Virus record (IMG/VR): IMGVR_UViG_3300027861_004723
Source of the DNA: an uncultured virus (IMG/VR IMGVR_UViG_3300027861_004723)
Lineage: Duplodnaviria; Heunggongvirae; Uroviricota; Caudoviricetes
Strand: one strand, 5' to 3'
DNA: 46,900 nucleotides
Made by a program: the position numbers and the translations under genes. Below, piece by piece: positions 1 through 9,301 of the stretch (its first letter is position 1; every line of letters begins with the position of its first letter). Below the pieces are notes generated by a model. That model did no database searches and had not been told where the DNA came from. It saw only the letters and a list, made by a program, of their open reading frames with translations.

Positions 1-379
1 CGTTGCTGACGCGCTTTCCGACGAATACGGGTTTTGTATCTTTGCACTATGTATCACTCTTTTGTGCGACAGATGCGAGCAGGAAACTCGTAACAGTGAT
101 CTGGACAATAACGGGCTTTGTCCCGATTGTTGCCCCGATCCCGCTCGTGATGATCCCGAGTTTGACGAGGAATAAATGAGTGAATATAGTTGCGAGTGCG
201 ACCGCTGCCTAAAAGGCTGGGGATGTCAAAACCTAGCAGAAGGCTATCAGTGTAAGCATTGCGGGGAAACTCCGACCTACCAAGAGCTTGATAACGGTTC
301 ATGCAGCGGATGTAGTTAGCCGCTATATCTGGACAGAAAAGTGACGGCGTGCTAAGATCAAAGATCAGCGCGATTTTCA

Positions 380-415
380 GCTAACAAGGCTGCTAACAAG
401 GCTGCTAACAAGGCT
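380..415. repeat. 12-bp tandem repeat (GCTAACAAGGCT x3)
   Basis: Directly visible in the leader downstream of the promoter at 330-358. Confidence 0.9.
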
Positions 416-439
416 GATAACAACAACGAGGACGGTAAT

Positions 440-697
440 TTGCAAAACGACAATATCAGAATTGTATCACCCGGTAATATGGGTGAGGGTTACACGGTAT
501 CACACTGGTCCATTAAGATCAATTACGATCCCGTGTTAATTGGTAATTTTGATACACCCGAAGCAGCCGTTGCTTGGGCGGGCGAGTGGCTTGTTTACAA
601 CCCGCAGATCAAACTGGTAGTGCCCACTATTAGCGTTGATACTGCACAGAGAGCTATTGCTTACGCTATGAAAAAGAAAGACGATGCGGAGTTCTAG
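440..697 (+). CDS. Hypothetical protein
   Basis: ORF between two promoters, GAGG upstream; start uncertain. Confidence 0.6.
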   Translation: MQNDNIRIVSPGNMGEGYTVSHWSIKINYDPVLIGNFDTPEAAVAWAGEWLVYNPQIKLVVPTISVDTAQRAIAYAMKKKDDAEF

Positions 698-758
698 CTT
701 ATCTTGACAGTAACCAGCTACCCGATTACAATGCAACCTAACTCAACGAGGGGGAATT

Positions 759-1004
759 ATGGCTGACAGCGACATCACGGGTCTACCGGAAGCAGAGCCA
801 GAGCGCGTTGTTCATAACTTTGAACTGGACGGGCTGGAGGTTTCCCTTTACCGAGGCTCAGACGGAAAATTGATAGTGGACATTGATTCCGAGGGGCTAG
901 AGGAGGCAGACGCGCATCCCAGCACGATGGTCCCTAACATTCGCATCTGGGTCAACGAGCAAAAGATTGAGTTTGCCGCTGACGGAGAGCTACTAGAGAG
1001 TTAG
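759..1004 (+). CDS. Hypothetical acidic protein
   Basis: Promoter 704-732, SD GAGGGGG, N-terminus MADSDITGL. Confidence 0.75.
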   Translation: MADSDITGLPEAEPERVVHNFELDGLEVSLYRGSDGKLIVDIDSEGLEEADAHPSTMVPNIRIWVNEQKIEFAADGELLES

Positions 1005-1010
1005 CATCCA

Positions 1011-1052
1011 TTGACAGTAACCGGCTACCCGGTTAAGATGCAATCTCAACAG
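1011..1052 (+). promoter_or_regulatory. Sub-family A promoter with palindromic spacer TAACCGG-CTAC-CCGGTTA
   Basis: TTGACA 1011-1016, TAAGAT 1034-1039; 42 bp identical to the copy at 8812-8853. Confidence 0.9.
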
Positions 1053-1062
1053 GGAAACGATC

Positions 1063-1497
1063 ATGGCTGACACCGACGACATTACGGGCTTGGACTGGCC
1101 GGGGGTTCCCGCAACAGTCGAAGATTTCACGATCATTACGCCTGTTAAGATCGAAAAGCAGCGCGTCTGGGATCTTCTCTGCAACATCATGGAAGGCGGG
1201 AGCTACAACAGTTTTATCATTGTTGAGTATCTCCCCGAGGGGATCGAGAATCACCCCGACTGCACTTACCGGCATATCGACGTGCCGTTCCTGGGCGGCT
1301 CCATTGGCCTGATTGACAAGTATGGGGATAGCCCTATTGTTTATCAGCTTGACCGTGCAGCTATGGAGCGTGGTCTAAAGATCATGGCTAACAAGTTTCC
1401 GCGCCACTTTGCGGATTTCCTAGATCAAGGCGACGACGTTATCACGGCTGACGTGTTCCTGCAATGCTCGCTTTTGGGCGACGTTATCTACGGCTAG
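1063..1497 (+). CDS. Phage hypothetical protein
   Basis: Promoter plus SD; C-terminal DxITADVFLQxxLLGDVIYG resembles recurring phage hypotheticals (recall). Confidence 0.8.
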   Translation: MADTDDITGLDWPGVPATVEDFTIITPVKIEKQRVWDLLCNIMEGGSYNSFIIVEYLPEGIENHPDCTYRHIDVPFLGGSIGLIDKYGDSPIVYQLDRAAMERGLKIMANKFPRHFADFLDQGDDVITADVFLQCSLLGDVIYG

Positions 1498-1542
1498 CCC
1501 TTGACAGGAATGTAGCAGAAAAGCTACAATTAGTAAAACAAA

Positions 1543-1586
1543 GGCTGGGGGTTCCTTCCCCCTCCTCCTTCCGGGAGCCTCCAGCC
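1543..1586 (+). ncRNA. Hairpin RNA with 16-nt CU-only loop containing CCUCCUCC (anti-SD / cuckoo-like)
   Basis: 14-bp stem GGCTGGGGGTTCCT/GGGAGCCTCCAGCC just downstream of promoter 1501-1530. Confidence 0.6.
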
Positions 1587-1703
1587 ACCTACAACGCGCT
1601 GATCTTTGGGCTCTGAGCCCCGCGCAACTTAACAAAATCCAAAATCTCTGACAGGAGACGACCAGCCGCCCGTAATAGGGGCAACAAGGGAACGGAACGA
1701 ACA

Positions 1704-1925
1704 ATGGGTAAACGTGCAAAGCGCCGCAAGGCAAAAGCCAAAGCCAAACTAGGCTTTGTTCCAGTATTGCTGGAACAGTCGAACGGACGCAAGCGTGGCG
1801 CACAAGGGCTTGGCCTGGGCGCTCATCAGGATACCAGTCCGATGGCCCGAGCTACCCTTACACCCGATAGGCGGGAAATCCAGCGTCGTAAAGACCGCAA
1901 GGCCAAGCAACAGGGCTGGGGATAA
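1704..1925 (+). CDS. Small basic hypothetical protein
   Basis: ORF with upstream purine-rich SD, K/R-rich. Confidence 0.65.
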   Translation: MGKRAKRRKAKAKAKLGFVPVLLEQSNGRKRGAQGLGLGAHQDTSPMARATLTPDRREIQRRKDRKAKQQGWG

Positions 1926-1934
1926 AACAGGTTT

Positions 1935-2183
1935 ATGGATCAAACCCAAAACAACCCAAACGGGCTAAACGCTCACTGGCAAAACATCTTTGAGGTGCTG
2001 GGTATTACCTATACCAACACTGATAACAACCCTGAGTATACTTATCAGGGTGGTGAGATTGATGCCGAACTTTGTGCTGACCACGAAGCGCCTGCTATTG
2101 TCAACGGTTATGGTGAAACTTTGCCATTGTCAGTAAGGTCTGCTATTGCAGCGCACAGAGACGCTCGCCTTGATACCCCCTAA
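1935..2183 (+). CDS. Hypothetical protein
   Basis: ORF directly after the previous gene. Confidence 0.65.
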   Translation: MDQTQNNPNGLNAHWQNIFEVLGITYTNTDNNPEYTYQGGEIDAELCADHEAPAIVNGYGETLPLSVRSAIAAHRDARLDTP

Positions 2184-2337
2184 CGACTCAGGAGGCCGAA
2201 TTGATCGGTAAACTCTGTTGGGTCCACATCGCTAAAGGATCTTTGACCATTTTGGTCCGAGAGCCTTAGCGATGTAGGAAACCCAAAAACCTACATCTCT
2301 GAACCTTTACCAACCCTATTGGGGGAAAGGAGATGTT

Positions 2338-2613
2338 ATGGATACGCAAAAACGCCCGTCTAATCGGGTCAAGTCGAACCTCGTTTTTGTGTCAATCAAA
2401 TGCGCCCGCTGTGGTGACAACTTTGATACCGTGCAGTCGTATAGAACGCCTGTTTGCTGTATTGAGTGTTATCAGTGCTGTGTGCCGGTTGATTGCGCGG
2501 AGTGTGGTAAGACCTTTGGTGCTGTTGATCCCAGCAAGCACCGACACGTCAATCTGTCAGGTATTACTTGTAATGATTGTGTGTTTCAGCGCAACATGAA
2601 CGTGTTGAGCTAA
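2338..2613 (+). CDS. Cys-rich putative Zn-binding protein
   Basis: SD AAGGAG; several CxxC pairs. Confidence 0.65.
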   Translation: MDTQKRPSNRVKSNLVFVSIKCARCGDNFDTVQSYRTPVCCIECYQCCVPVDCAECGKTFGAVDPSKHRHVNLSGITCNDCVFQRNMNVLS

Positions 2614-2738
2614 CGTATAGTTGCCGATAGCCCCCACAGTGTAGTAACACTGGCTGGGGCTTGAGGCGATGAAGCCGACTATCCCTTGACAGTAACTAGC
2701 CACCCGGTTAAAATGCAGCAGCTAATGAGGCGGCGGTA

Positions 2739-3131
2739 ATGCGTATTTTCAAGACAGACAGCAAAACAAACTTTGTGGACATTAACGATGTTTTGGTAGG
2801 GCTTGACGCCTATCAAAGCTGTTGCGAGTCCTTTGGTCATTTCTTCATTAAAGAGATACCAGAGCAGCCTCTACACAAAGTGTACGATAGCTGGACCGAC
2901 GAGGCGAGTAGTAAGGACGACTACAGCCCCACCAATCTGGAGGATCTAGTCTTTGATCCTGATTTCTTTCAGGAGCAGCCGGATGGCGACGGTGGCGGCT
3001 TTGCTATCTTTCGCCTGCACAGCGGAGATGACGAGTCTTTTCTGGTACTCTACAATCACCATAACGGGTATTACGGGCACGGGTTTACTGTTACCCACAA
3101 GGGAACAGACCTACGAGATGGTTGCCTGTAA
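2739..3131 (+). CDS. Phage hypothetical protein (QSCCE...YNxHNGYY motif)
   Basis: Promoter 2686-2714, SD GAGG. Confidence 0.8.
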   Translation: MRIFKTDSKTNFVDINDVLVGLDAYQSCCESFGHFFIKEIPEQPLHKVYDSWTDEASSKDDYSPTNLEDLVFDPDFFQEQPDGDGGGFAIFRLHSGDDESFLVLYNHHNGYYGHGFTVTHKGTDLRDGCL

Positions 3132-3198
3132 AAAGCCTATCCCTTGACAGTTTTTCCGACTCACAGTATACTGCAATCTCACAACAACGGAGAACACA

Positions 3199-4080
3199 AT
3201 GGCAACCACCCGTAAGAAAGCCGCTAAGAAGCGCACAGTCAAGGCCGTCGCAGCGTCTCCCGCCAAGGCGGTAAAGGCAGAGCCGAAGGCAAAAAAGGTT
3301 AGTGTTACTGGCCTTATCGCCAGTCTCCAAAAGCCGAAGGCAAAGAAGAAAACGGCCCGTAAGGACGATAAGCCCCTTATTACCCTTGAGGGACGCGCTG
3401 ACGAGCTTCTAAAGCTGCAACAGGCCAAGGCGGCTATGAAGCTGGCCGAGGGCACCGTTAAGAGCCTAGAGGGCTCCCTGTTCGGTGACATTGAGGAGCA
3501 GCGGCTTGCTGTTTCCGCCAGTCGCAAGAGCTATTGCGGCTCTATCAAGGTCACGGCAACGGGCGTTGACGAAAACGGTAAGCGGGTCGATCCCGGTGTG
3601 GCTAGCTACTACATCATGAACAAGTACAAGACCTTTAACTTTTTCGACGGCAGCGACGACGAAGATATGGTGGAGTTGTACGGCGACGACGCTACCATTA
3701 AGCACGAGGCGATTCACGCCCTAATGGAAATCTTCAACGGTGAGGACACCGACGAGGGCGACGACGACTTTGTTGACTTTGACGAAGCCGAGGAAATGCT
3801 TGACAGTCGGATGATTGTTGAGCACAGCCTGGCGCTCGACCCCAGCGTCCTGGCCTGTGACGCGGACGGCACCCCAGAGCACCCAGAGGTAATTGCTATT
3901 TTGCAAGAGCACCTGGCCCCGTTCCTCGTGTCTGTTACCAAGGTGAAGCCCACCAAGGCGTTCCACGAGTCCAGCAACTTTGATCCGACCGAGAAGGCGA
4001 TCATGCAAGGGCTCAACAGCCTGGGCCTCGCTTGCCGCTACAAGGCAGTGCTAAAGCCCTCTGGCGCACCTAAGCAGTAA
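3199..4080 (+). CDS. Hypothetical protein with histone-H1-like K/A-rich N-terminus and acidic central region
   Basis: Promoter 3144-3172, SD GGAG, 293-aa ORF. Confidence 0.85.
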   Translation: MATTRKKAAKKRTVKAVAASPAKAVKAEPKAKKVSVTGLIASLQKPKAKKKTARKDDKPLITLEGRADELLKLQQAKAAMKLAEGTVKSLEGSLFGDIEEQRLAVSASRKSYCGSIKVTATGVDENGKRVDPGVASYYIMNKYKTFNFFDGSDDEDMVELYGDDATIKHEAIHALMEIFNGEDTDEGDDDFVDFDEAEEMLDSRMIVEHSLALDPSVLACDADGTPEHPEVIAILQEHLAPFLVSVTKVKPTKAFHESSNFDPTEKAIMQGLNSLGLACRYKAVLKPSGAPKQ

Positions 4081-4170
4081 AAGACCCCCTCCGACGAGCC
4101 CCGAGTCCCCCCTGGTTAGGATAACCTACCAGCGGGGGGCTTGGGGCGGCGAATTACTAGCAGGACAAAC

Positions 4171-4389
4171 ATGGCTGATACAAACCTTGATAAGCGTTTT
4201 AGAGAGTATGTTGCAGCTATTGCTGATAACGAGATTGAAGCAGCGGTGCTTTACGCTAACTACTCAGAGGACGAACGCTTTGTTGAGCGCACAAAGGCTT
4301 TTCACGATAGCCTTAATGATCTGCACAATCAGGTCGAGAGCCAGCTTGCAGAGGAGCAGCAAGACGAGCAAGAGCAAGCAGACGAGTAA
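4171..4389 (+). CDS. Hypothetical acidic protein
   Basis: AGGA SD before ATG at 4171. Confidence 0.7.
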   Translation: MADTNLDKRFREYVAAIADNEIEAAVLYANYSEDERFVERTKAFHDSLNDLHNQVESQLAEEQQDEQEQADE

Positions 4390-4464
4390 CCCTTGCTGGG
4401 CTTGCTGCATCCCTAGACAGTAACCGGCTACCATGCTACCTTATGGGCAGTGAAGGGAACGACG

Positions 4465-5097
4465 ATGCCTAGCCTAAAGCACTATCCTGACAAACCCTGG
4501 GAGCGTGGCCCCAAAGACATTCCGTCGCTTGATAACGGCCAAAACATCTGTCAACAAAAGACCGATGGTTGGCGTTGTGAGCTACTGAAAAGCCGTGGGA
4601 TATACGCCATTAGCCGCCATAACAAGCCGCTAGACCTAGAGCCGCACATCCGCGAGCAAGTTGACCTTTTACTGGAGGAGGTTCCAGACCGTAGCCAGTT
4701 TGATGGTGAGTGGCTATCACGCCGGGAAGCTACCAACAAAAAGGCTAAACCCCGTTTGGTACTTTTCGACACTATCCGCCTAAAGAAGCGGTGGAACCTA
4801 CTACTCCCATACCAAGAGCGGTTAGCGCAGCTAGAGGAAATCTTCGCTCGCGCTATTGATAAGCACGGGGCTGATGCTTTTACCAGTGTTATGCTCCCAG
4901 AAACAGCACTTGATGGTGAGTTTCTTAGCTTTTATGAAGCACAAAAGGTGTTACCACACAGCGAGGGCGTTGTTATCAAGCGCAAGAATAGCACACTGGT
5001 AGGCGACCGTAACAAGAGTGTTAAAAACGCTAACTGGGCTAAAGTCCGCTACCGTGCAGCTAGCAGTGGTAGTATGACAATGGACCACTTGAGGTAA
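4465..5097 (+). CDS. ATP-dependent ligase-like nucleotidyltransferase (adenylation domain only)
   Basis: Motifs I KTDGWR, III FDGE, IIIa LFD, IV EGVVIK, V WAKVR; no room for an OB domain. Confidence 0.8.
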   Translation: MPSLKHYPDKPWERGPKDIPSLDNGQNICQQKTDGWRCELLKSRGIYAISRHNKPLDLEPHIREQVDLLLEEVPDRSQFDGEWLSRREATNKKAKPRLVLFDTIRLKKRWNLLLPYQERLAQLEEIFARAIDKHGADAFTSVMLPETALDGEFLSFYEAQKVLPHSEGVVIKRKNSTLVGDRNKSVKNANWAKVRYRAASSGSMTMDHLR

Positions 5098-5161
5098 GCA
5101 TCTCTTGACAGCAATCTGCTACCCGGTTAAAATCTAGGGAACAACCACCAAGTAGGACCGA

Positions 5162-5611
5162 ATGTACGATTACGAAGATGAGCCAAGCTGTCCCGGTAGC
5201 TGCGGTCGCAACGATCACGGCTGGAATACGTCAGACACCCGCTTGACGCGCACCATCGCCGGTTGTCGCTGCCTAGATCAGTGCGTCTGTACTGACGAGG
5301 AAAGGGCTGACTACACCCCTGACGCCTTTGACGGCTGCATGTGCGAAGATAACGGTTGTGGCTGCGACAATGACACCACTATCAAAGTTGTTATTCAGCG
5401 GATCTGGGATAAGACGTGCGATTACTGCGAAGGCAGCGATTACCGTTGCGCCTTTAGCGTCTTGCTGGACGGTGCGAGCATAAAGCAGTTTGCCTCCCAG
5501 GCGGATGCTGACTCCTACGTCGAAAGGGTGTTCCCGACCGCTGTAGTGCCCGAGAGGGACTACGCCTGGGAGAGTGAAGCGGGCCTGCGCCGAGCAGAGG
5601 GTTGGGGTTGA
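5162..5611 (+). CDS. Cys/Asp-rich hypothetical protein
   Basis: Promoter 5105-5133, SD AGGA; many Cys. Confidence 0.75.
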   Translation: MYDYEDEPSCPGSCGRNDHGWNTSDTRLTRTIAGCRCLDQCVCTDEERADYTPDAFDGCMCEDNGCGCDNDTTIKVVIQRIWDKTCDYCEGSDYRCAFSVLLDGASIKQFASQADADSYVERVFPTAVVPERDYAWESEAGLRRAEGWG

Positions 5612-6054
5612 TATGAGCGACTGTGTACGTTGCCAATCGCAAGCCGCGACAACAGAAACAAAGTTTCCTATTCATTCAGCCTACGACGCTATTCCAGAGT
5701 GTTATTTCTCTTGGGGGAATGATACTCCTGGCGACAATCGCTGTTACATTCTCCCTACATGCCAGGACTGCAAGGATGCTTTACCAGCGGCTTTCCCCGG
5801 AAAGATAGTAGCTTGGCTAAAGACGGTTCCCACGAGTTTCTGGGACTACAGCTAACGCTGCATCACTAGACAGGATCAGCTACAATGTTTAAGATTGACG
5901 CTCCAGTTAGCTGGGTTGATGACAATGGCACTAAAATCAAAGGTGTTGTAGTCAAGATGACCTATCCCAGCAATACTGCCTATAGAGTCGTAAGAGATAC
6001 CCTGGGCCGTCTCTGGACTTGTCACGTCGCCCATTTGTCTACCGGAGAATCCTG

Positions 6055-6408
6055 ATGGCAGTAACCACTAAACACTCCGCGCTGGCGCAAAAACTGGTAA
6101 ACCTCGCTCACGAGTTTTCTGACCAACAGGTTGGGGAACGTCGTAGTCCCTACATGGGTCGTGGTACCTTTATCTCGGTCTACAAGGGCTTTATCCGCTT
6201 TGAGCGCGACTGCTACGTTGCTGGCGGCTACTACACTGGTAGTAAGACCTACAGCTTTGGTATCAAGGTTGGTGGGGCAGTATCAGGGGAAATCCACAAG
6301 GCTATTAAGGCTAAGGTCGAAGCCCTTGGTAGCGAGCACGGAGTTACTCACTTTGGTGAAACTCGTGGTAGTGCCTGGAGTTTTTACGGCTTTTTGAAGA
6401 AGCATTAG
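6055..6408 (+). CDS. Hypothetical protein
   Basis: GGAG SD, ATG overlapping the upstream TGA. Confidence 0.7.
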   Translation: MAVTTKHSALAQKLVNLAHEFSDQQVGERRSPYMGRGTFISVYKGFIRFERDCYVAGGYYTGSKTYSFGIKVGGAVSGEIHKAIKAKVEALGSEHGVTHFGETRGSAWSFYGFLKKH

Positions 6409-6610
6409 TGGCCTATCCATTGACAGGAAAGTGACAAAGGGCTAAGATCCAAGCTCAACGCAGGGGAATAGACGACGAGGTTGATACTTATATCAGCTAC
6501 CTGCGCGATAACATGCAGGGTAATTGTGAGTTTCACTATTACGACCACTATGGCACGCTGACGGCTGCTATGACCGGACAAAAGCTAGAACCAATCATCA
6601 TTGGGGTGTA

Positions 6611-7003
6611 ATGGATATGGATACTAAGCTAAGAGCACTCAAACGTCAAGCTGCTGCTGATCCTAGTCTTTATCCTGCCTATGCTCGTGCTCTTGAGAGA
6701 GCCCTGGGGGGCCAAACACAGTTTGAACAGTTTGATAGCGCCCCTGGCCTGGTCTTTGCTGAGAGTTATGTTGCAGATGCCCATCTAGAAGATTTCTTAG
6801 CTGACTGCGAGAGCGTAGGTGGCTATAACCTAGTAAGTAGCGGGAGCAGCGGCTACATCGCTAGCATGGTTGAGGTTGGGTGGGAACAAGCCTGGGATGA
6901 AAATGAGGCTCTGGAGATCAAGTCTCGTCTGTCTGATGAGTTTATAGCTCTTTTAGAATCCGCCCAAAAGCGCGGCTACGAATACATTATACTGTGGGTT
7001 TAG
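6611..7003 (+). CDS. Hypothetical protein, N-terminal MDTKLRALKRQAAADP motif
   Basis: ORF; N-terminus resembles that of 25774..26331. Confidence 0.75.
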   Translation: MDMDTKLRALKRQAAADPSLYPAYARALERALGGQTQFEQFDSAPGLVFAESYVADAHLEDFLADCESVGGYNLVSSGSSGYIASMVEVGWEQAWDENEALEIKSRLSDEFIALLESAQKRGYEYIILWV

Positions 7004-7004
7004 T

Positions 7005-7409
7005 ATGAAACAAGCACTACCAGAAAACAACCACATCCCCTGCCTTTTGTGCGAGTGTGATATGCCCGTACAAAACCCTTCGGCAACGCTGGCTGATATT
7101 AAGTCATCCAACTTTGATAACGGCGTTGAGTGCCGCACCCAAGGTAACTATGGCTCTACTGTTTGGGATATGAGCGGAACAATCTACTTTGTTATCTGTG
7201 ATAGCTGCCTGGTAAAGCACAGTAACAAGATGATTGTTATCGAAGGCGACGGCTGCCCCTGGACTAAGGGAGAGCCAAACAAACCGGCGCGTAACGGTAA
7301 AGAGTATTTTACCGAATGGGAAAAGATGGTAGAGGAACAGTATCGTATTGAACGCGAGAAGCGCGACGAACAATATAGACAGCAGCAGAAGAAGCCGAAA
7401 ATGCAGTAG
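7005..7409 (+). CDS. Hypothetical protein with CxxC motifs
   Basis: Coupled ORF. Confidence 0.7.
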   Translation: MKQALPENNHIPCLLCECDMPVQNPSATLADIKSSNFDNGVECRTQGNYGSTVWDMSGTIYFVICDSCLVKHSNKMIVIEGDGCPWTKGEPNKPARNGKEYFTEWEKMVEEQYRIEREKRDEQYRQQQKKPKMQ

Positions 7410-8246
7410 AGCAGCTAAGACTGGCTGCACTCGATAGCACTGACGGTGGAGAGACGCTAGCCCAGGGCTGCGTAGAGCTTGACGAGGACGGCAACGAAAT
7501 CGAGTAGCATCTATAGACAGGAATAGCCCAGACGGTAAAATACGAGTGTTGCCTGCCTGACTGAGCCTACGCTGTTCACGTCTGAACAGAAAGGCAGATA
7601 ACATGAGTGTTAAGATTCCGTTGGCCGAGCTTGAGGGTTTGGTCATTGAAAGTGTCGAAGATTGTGATTACAATTACGGTGAGGCGACTATTGTGTTGCA
7701 GGGTGGGATAACCATTACTGTTATACACGGTTGTTGCGGCTGCTGTGATGGTCCTTACGAGATCACTGCCTGGCGAGACTAGGCAAAAGCCCTAAGCCCC
7801 TGTTGGTAACACAACAAGGGCTTAGGGTGATGAGGGGACAATGACTAATAACAAAACACTAAACGAGTGGGCAGGTTCTTTGGAAGCCGGTAGCATTACT
7901 ATCAGTAATCCAGATAGCAAGTTTGCTAAGTGGCTTGAGATGTCAGGCAAGGCCCTCCCGTTTGTAGGATGGTTCTGGCGGTATCATGGGCGTCGGCGGC
8001 GGTGAGCGCGACCTTTCTTTGGCCGTATTGGAAACCCCGATTGGTAAGATTGTCTGTTTTGATGAGTGTGGTAAGTTTCTGGTAAACTGGGTTACTGTGA
8101 CCGAGGAACAGCGACAAACACTTGTTACCAAGGTTGAGGCTGGTGCTAACAACACTACTGAGGAAACCCTGCAAGACTTGTTTGATTTCATGCAGACGTG
8201 TAACCCCGACAACTAATACAAACCCTAAACGCGAGAGAGGACCGAG

Positions 8247-8462
8247 ATGATCAGCAACATTAAGTATAAGAACCCTAACAAGCAATTCCGTAAGCTGACC
8301 CTCGTATCGGGCGCTTACCGGGGTCGCCGGATGGAGGCTTTCGTTTACCTCCCCCTTAACGACAAGGGACGCCCGCAGATTACCCAAAAGCATCTGTGTG
8401 CTCTGTTTGCCGCTCAGGGCATCAACATGCATCAGCATACCACCTTTAGCTACGGTTGTTAG
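8247..8462 (+). CDS. Hypothetical protein
   Basis: GAGG SD, ends just before the promoter at 8472. Confidence 0.65.
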   Translation: MISNIKYKNPNKQFRKLTLVSGAYRGRRMEAFVYLPLNDKGRPQITQKHLCALFAAQGINMHQHTTFSYGC

Positions 8463-8863
8463 CTGCGTCCCTTGACAGGAAATTGAGAGCAGACTACAAT
8501 GCTCTCAACAACGAAACGAAGCTGGTACTTAAGGTGTGATAGCTAAACGGCAATCAAAAGGTTGCCCATGATTCGGACCCGAATTGGAGAATTGCGAAAC
8601 CTCAAAAGGGTGGGAAGCCCTTAAAACATTGATTCGCCCTGCCCGTTGCTGGACCCAGCACGGGCTTAGGGTGATGCCGCTAATAGGTAATAAATAACAA
8701 CAACTACAAACATTTAATAAAGTAACAATTTTAGTTTAGTAATATGTCCCGACGCTCCTGCGGCCACCATGCCGTAAGGAGCTTAGGGCGATGTATAAGA
8801 AACGCTACCCGTTGACAGTAACCGGCTACCCGGTTAAGATGCAATCTCAACAGAGGGCACAAA

Positions 8864-9301
8864 ATGGCAACTCGTGAAGTAGTGCTTGTAGTGGAACAGA
8901 GCGTTCACTATTACATTGAAGACCCAGAGGGTACCTTGACCGAAGCAGAGGTCGTAGCAGCGGCTACGGAAAAGCTAGATAAAGGCGAGCCCGATGAGAA
9001 TCCAGCTAGCGGCTGGCTAAAGGTCACCTCCTGGGCGGTTTCGGGGGTTCCCTTGGACCCGACTGCAGCCAAGACCAGAATGTTAAGTCCAGCGGAACTA
9101 CTAATCTACTTTGAAAGACCGGGATGCAAGCCGTTCACGGAAAAAGAACTAGCCGAACGGTGGGATAACTGCTCGATCAAAACAATTCGGCGGAGAAGGT
9201 CGAGTGGTGAAATACGGTCTTTCAAGCCGGGTCGGGATGCTTTGTTCACTCTTGAAGCCGTCTACGAATACGAACAAAAGATGAGTGGAAACCCATTATG
9301 A
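8864..9301 (+). CDS. Protein with C-terminal excisionase-like (HTH_17/MerR-type) DNA-binding domain
   Basis: FTEKELAERWDNCSIKTIRRRRSSGEIRSFKPGRDALF pattern. Confidence 0.7.
   Translation: MATREVVLVVEQSVHYYIEDPEGTLTEAEVVAAATEKLDKGEPDENPASGWLKVTSWAVSGVPLDPTAAKTRMLSPAELLIYFERPGCKPFTEKELAERWDNCSIKTIRRRRSSGEIRSFKPGRDALFTLEAVYEYEQKMSGNPL

Noticed and set aside
7548..7602. Possible hammerhead ribozyme (CTGACTGA...GAAA in a branched hairpin)
   Set aside because: Core deviates from CUGANGA and no stem III with an NUH cleavage triplet can be formed
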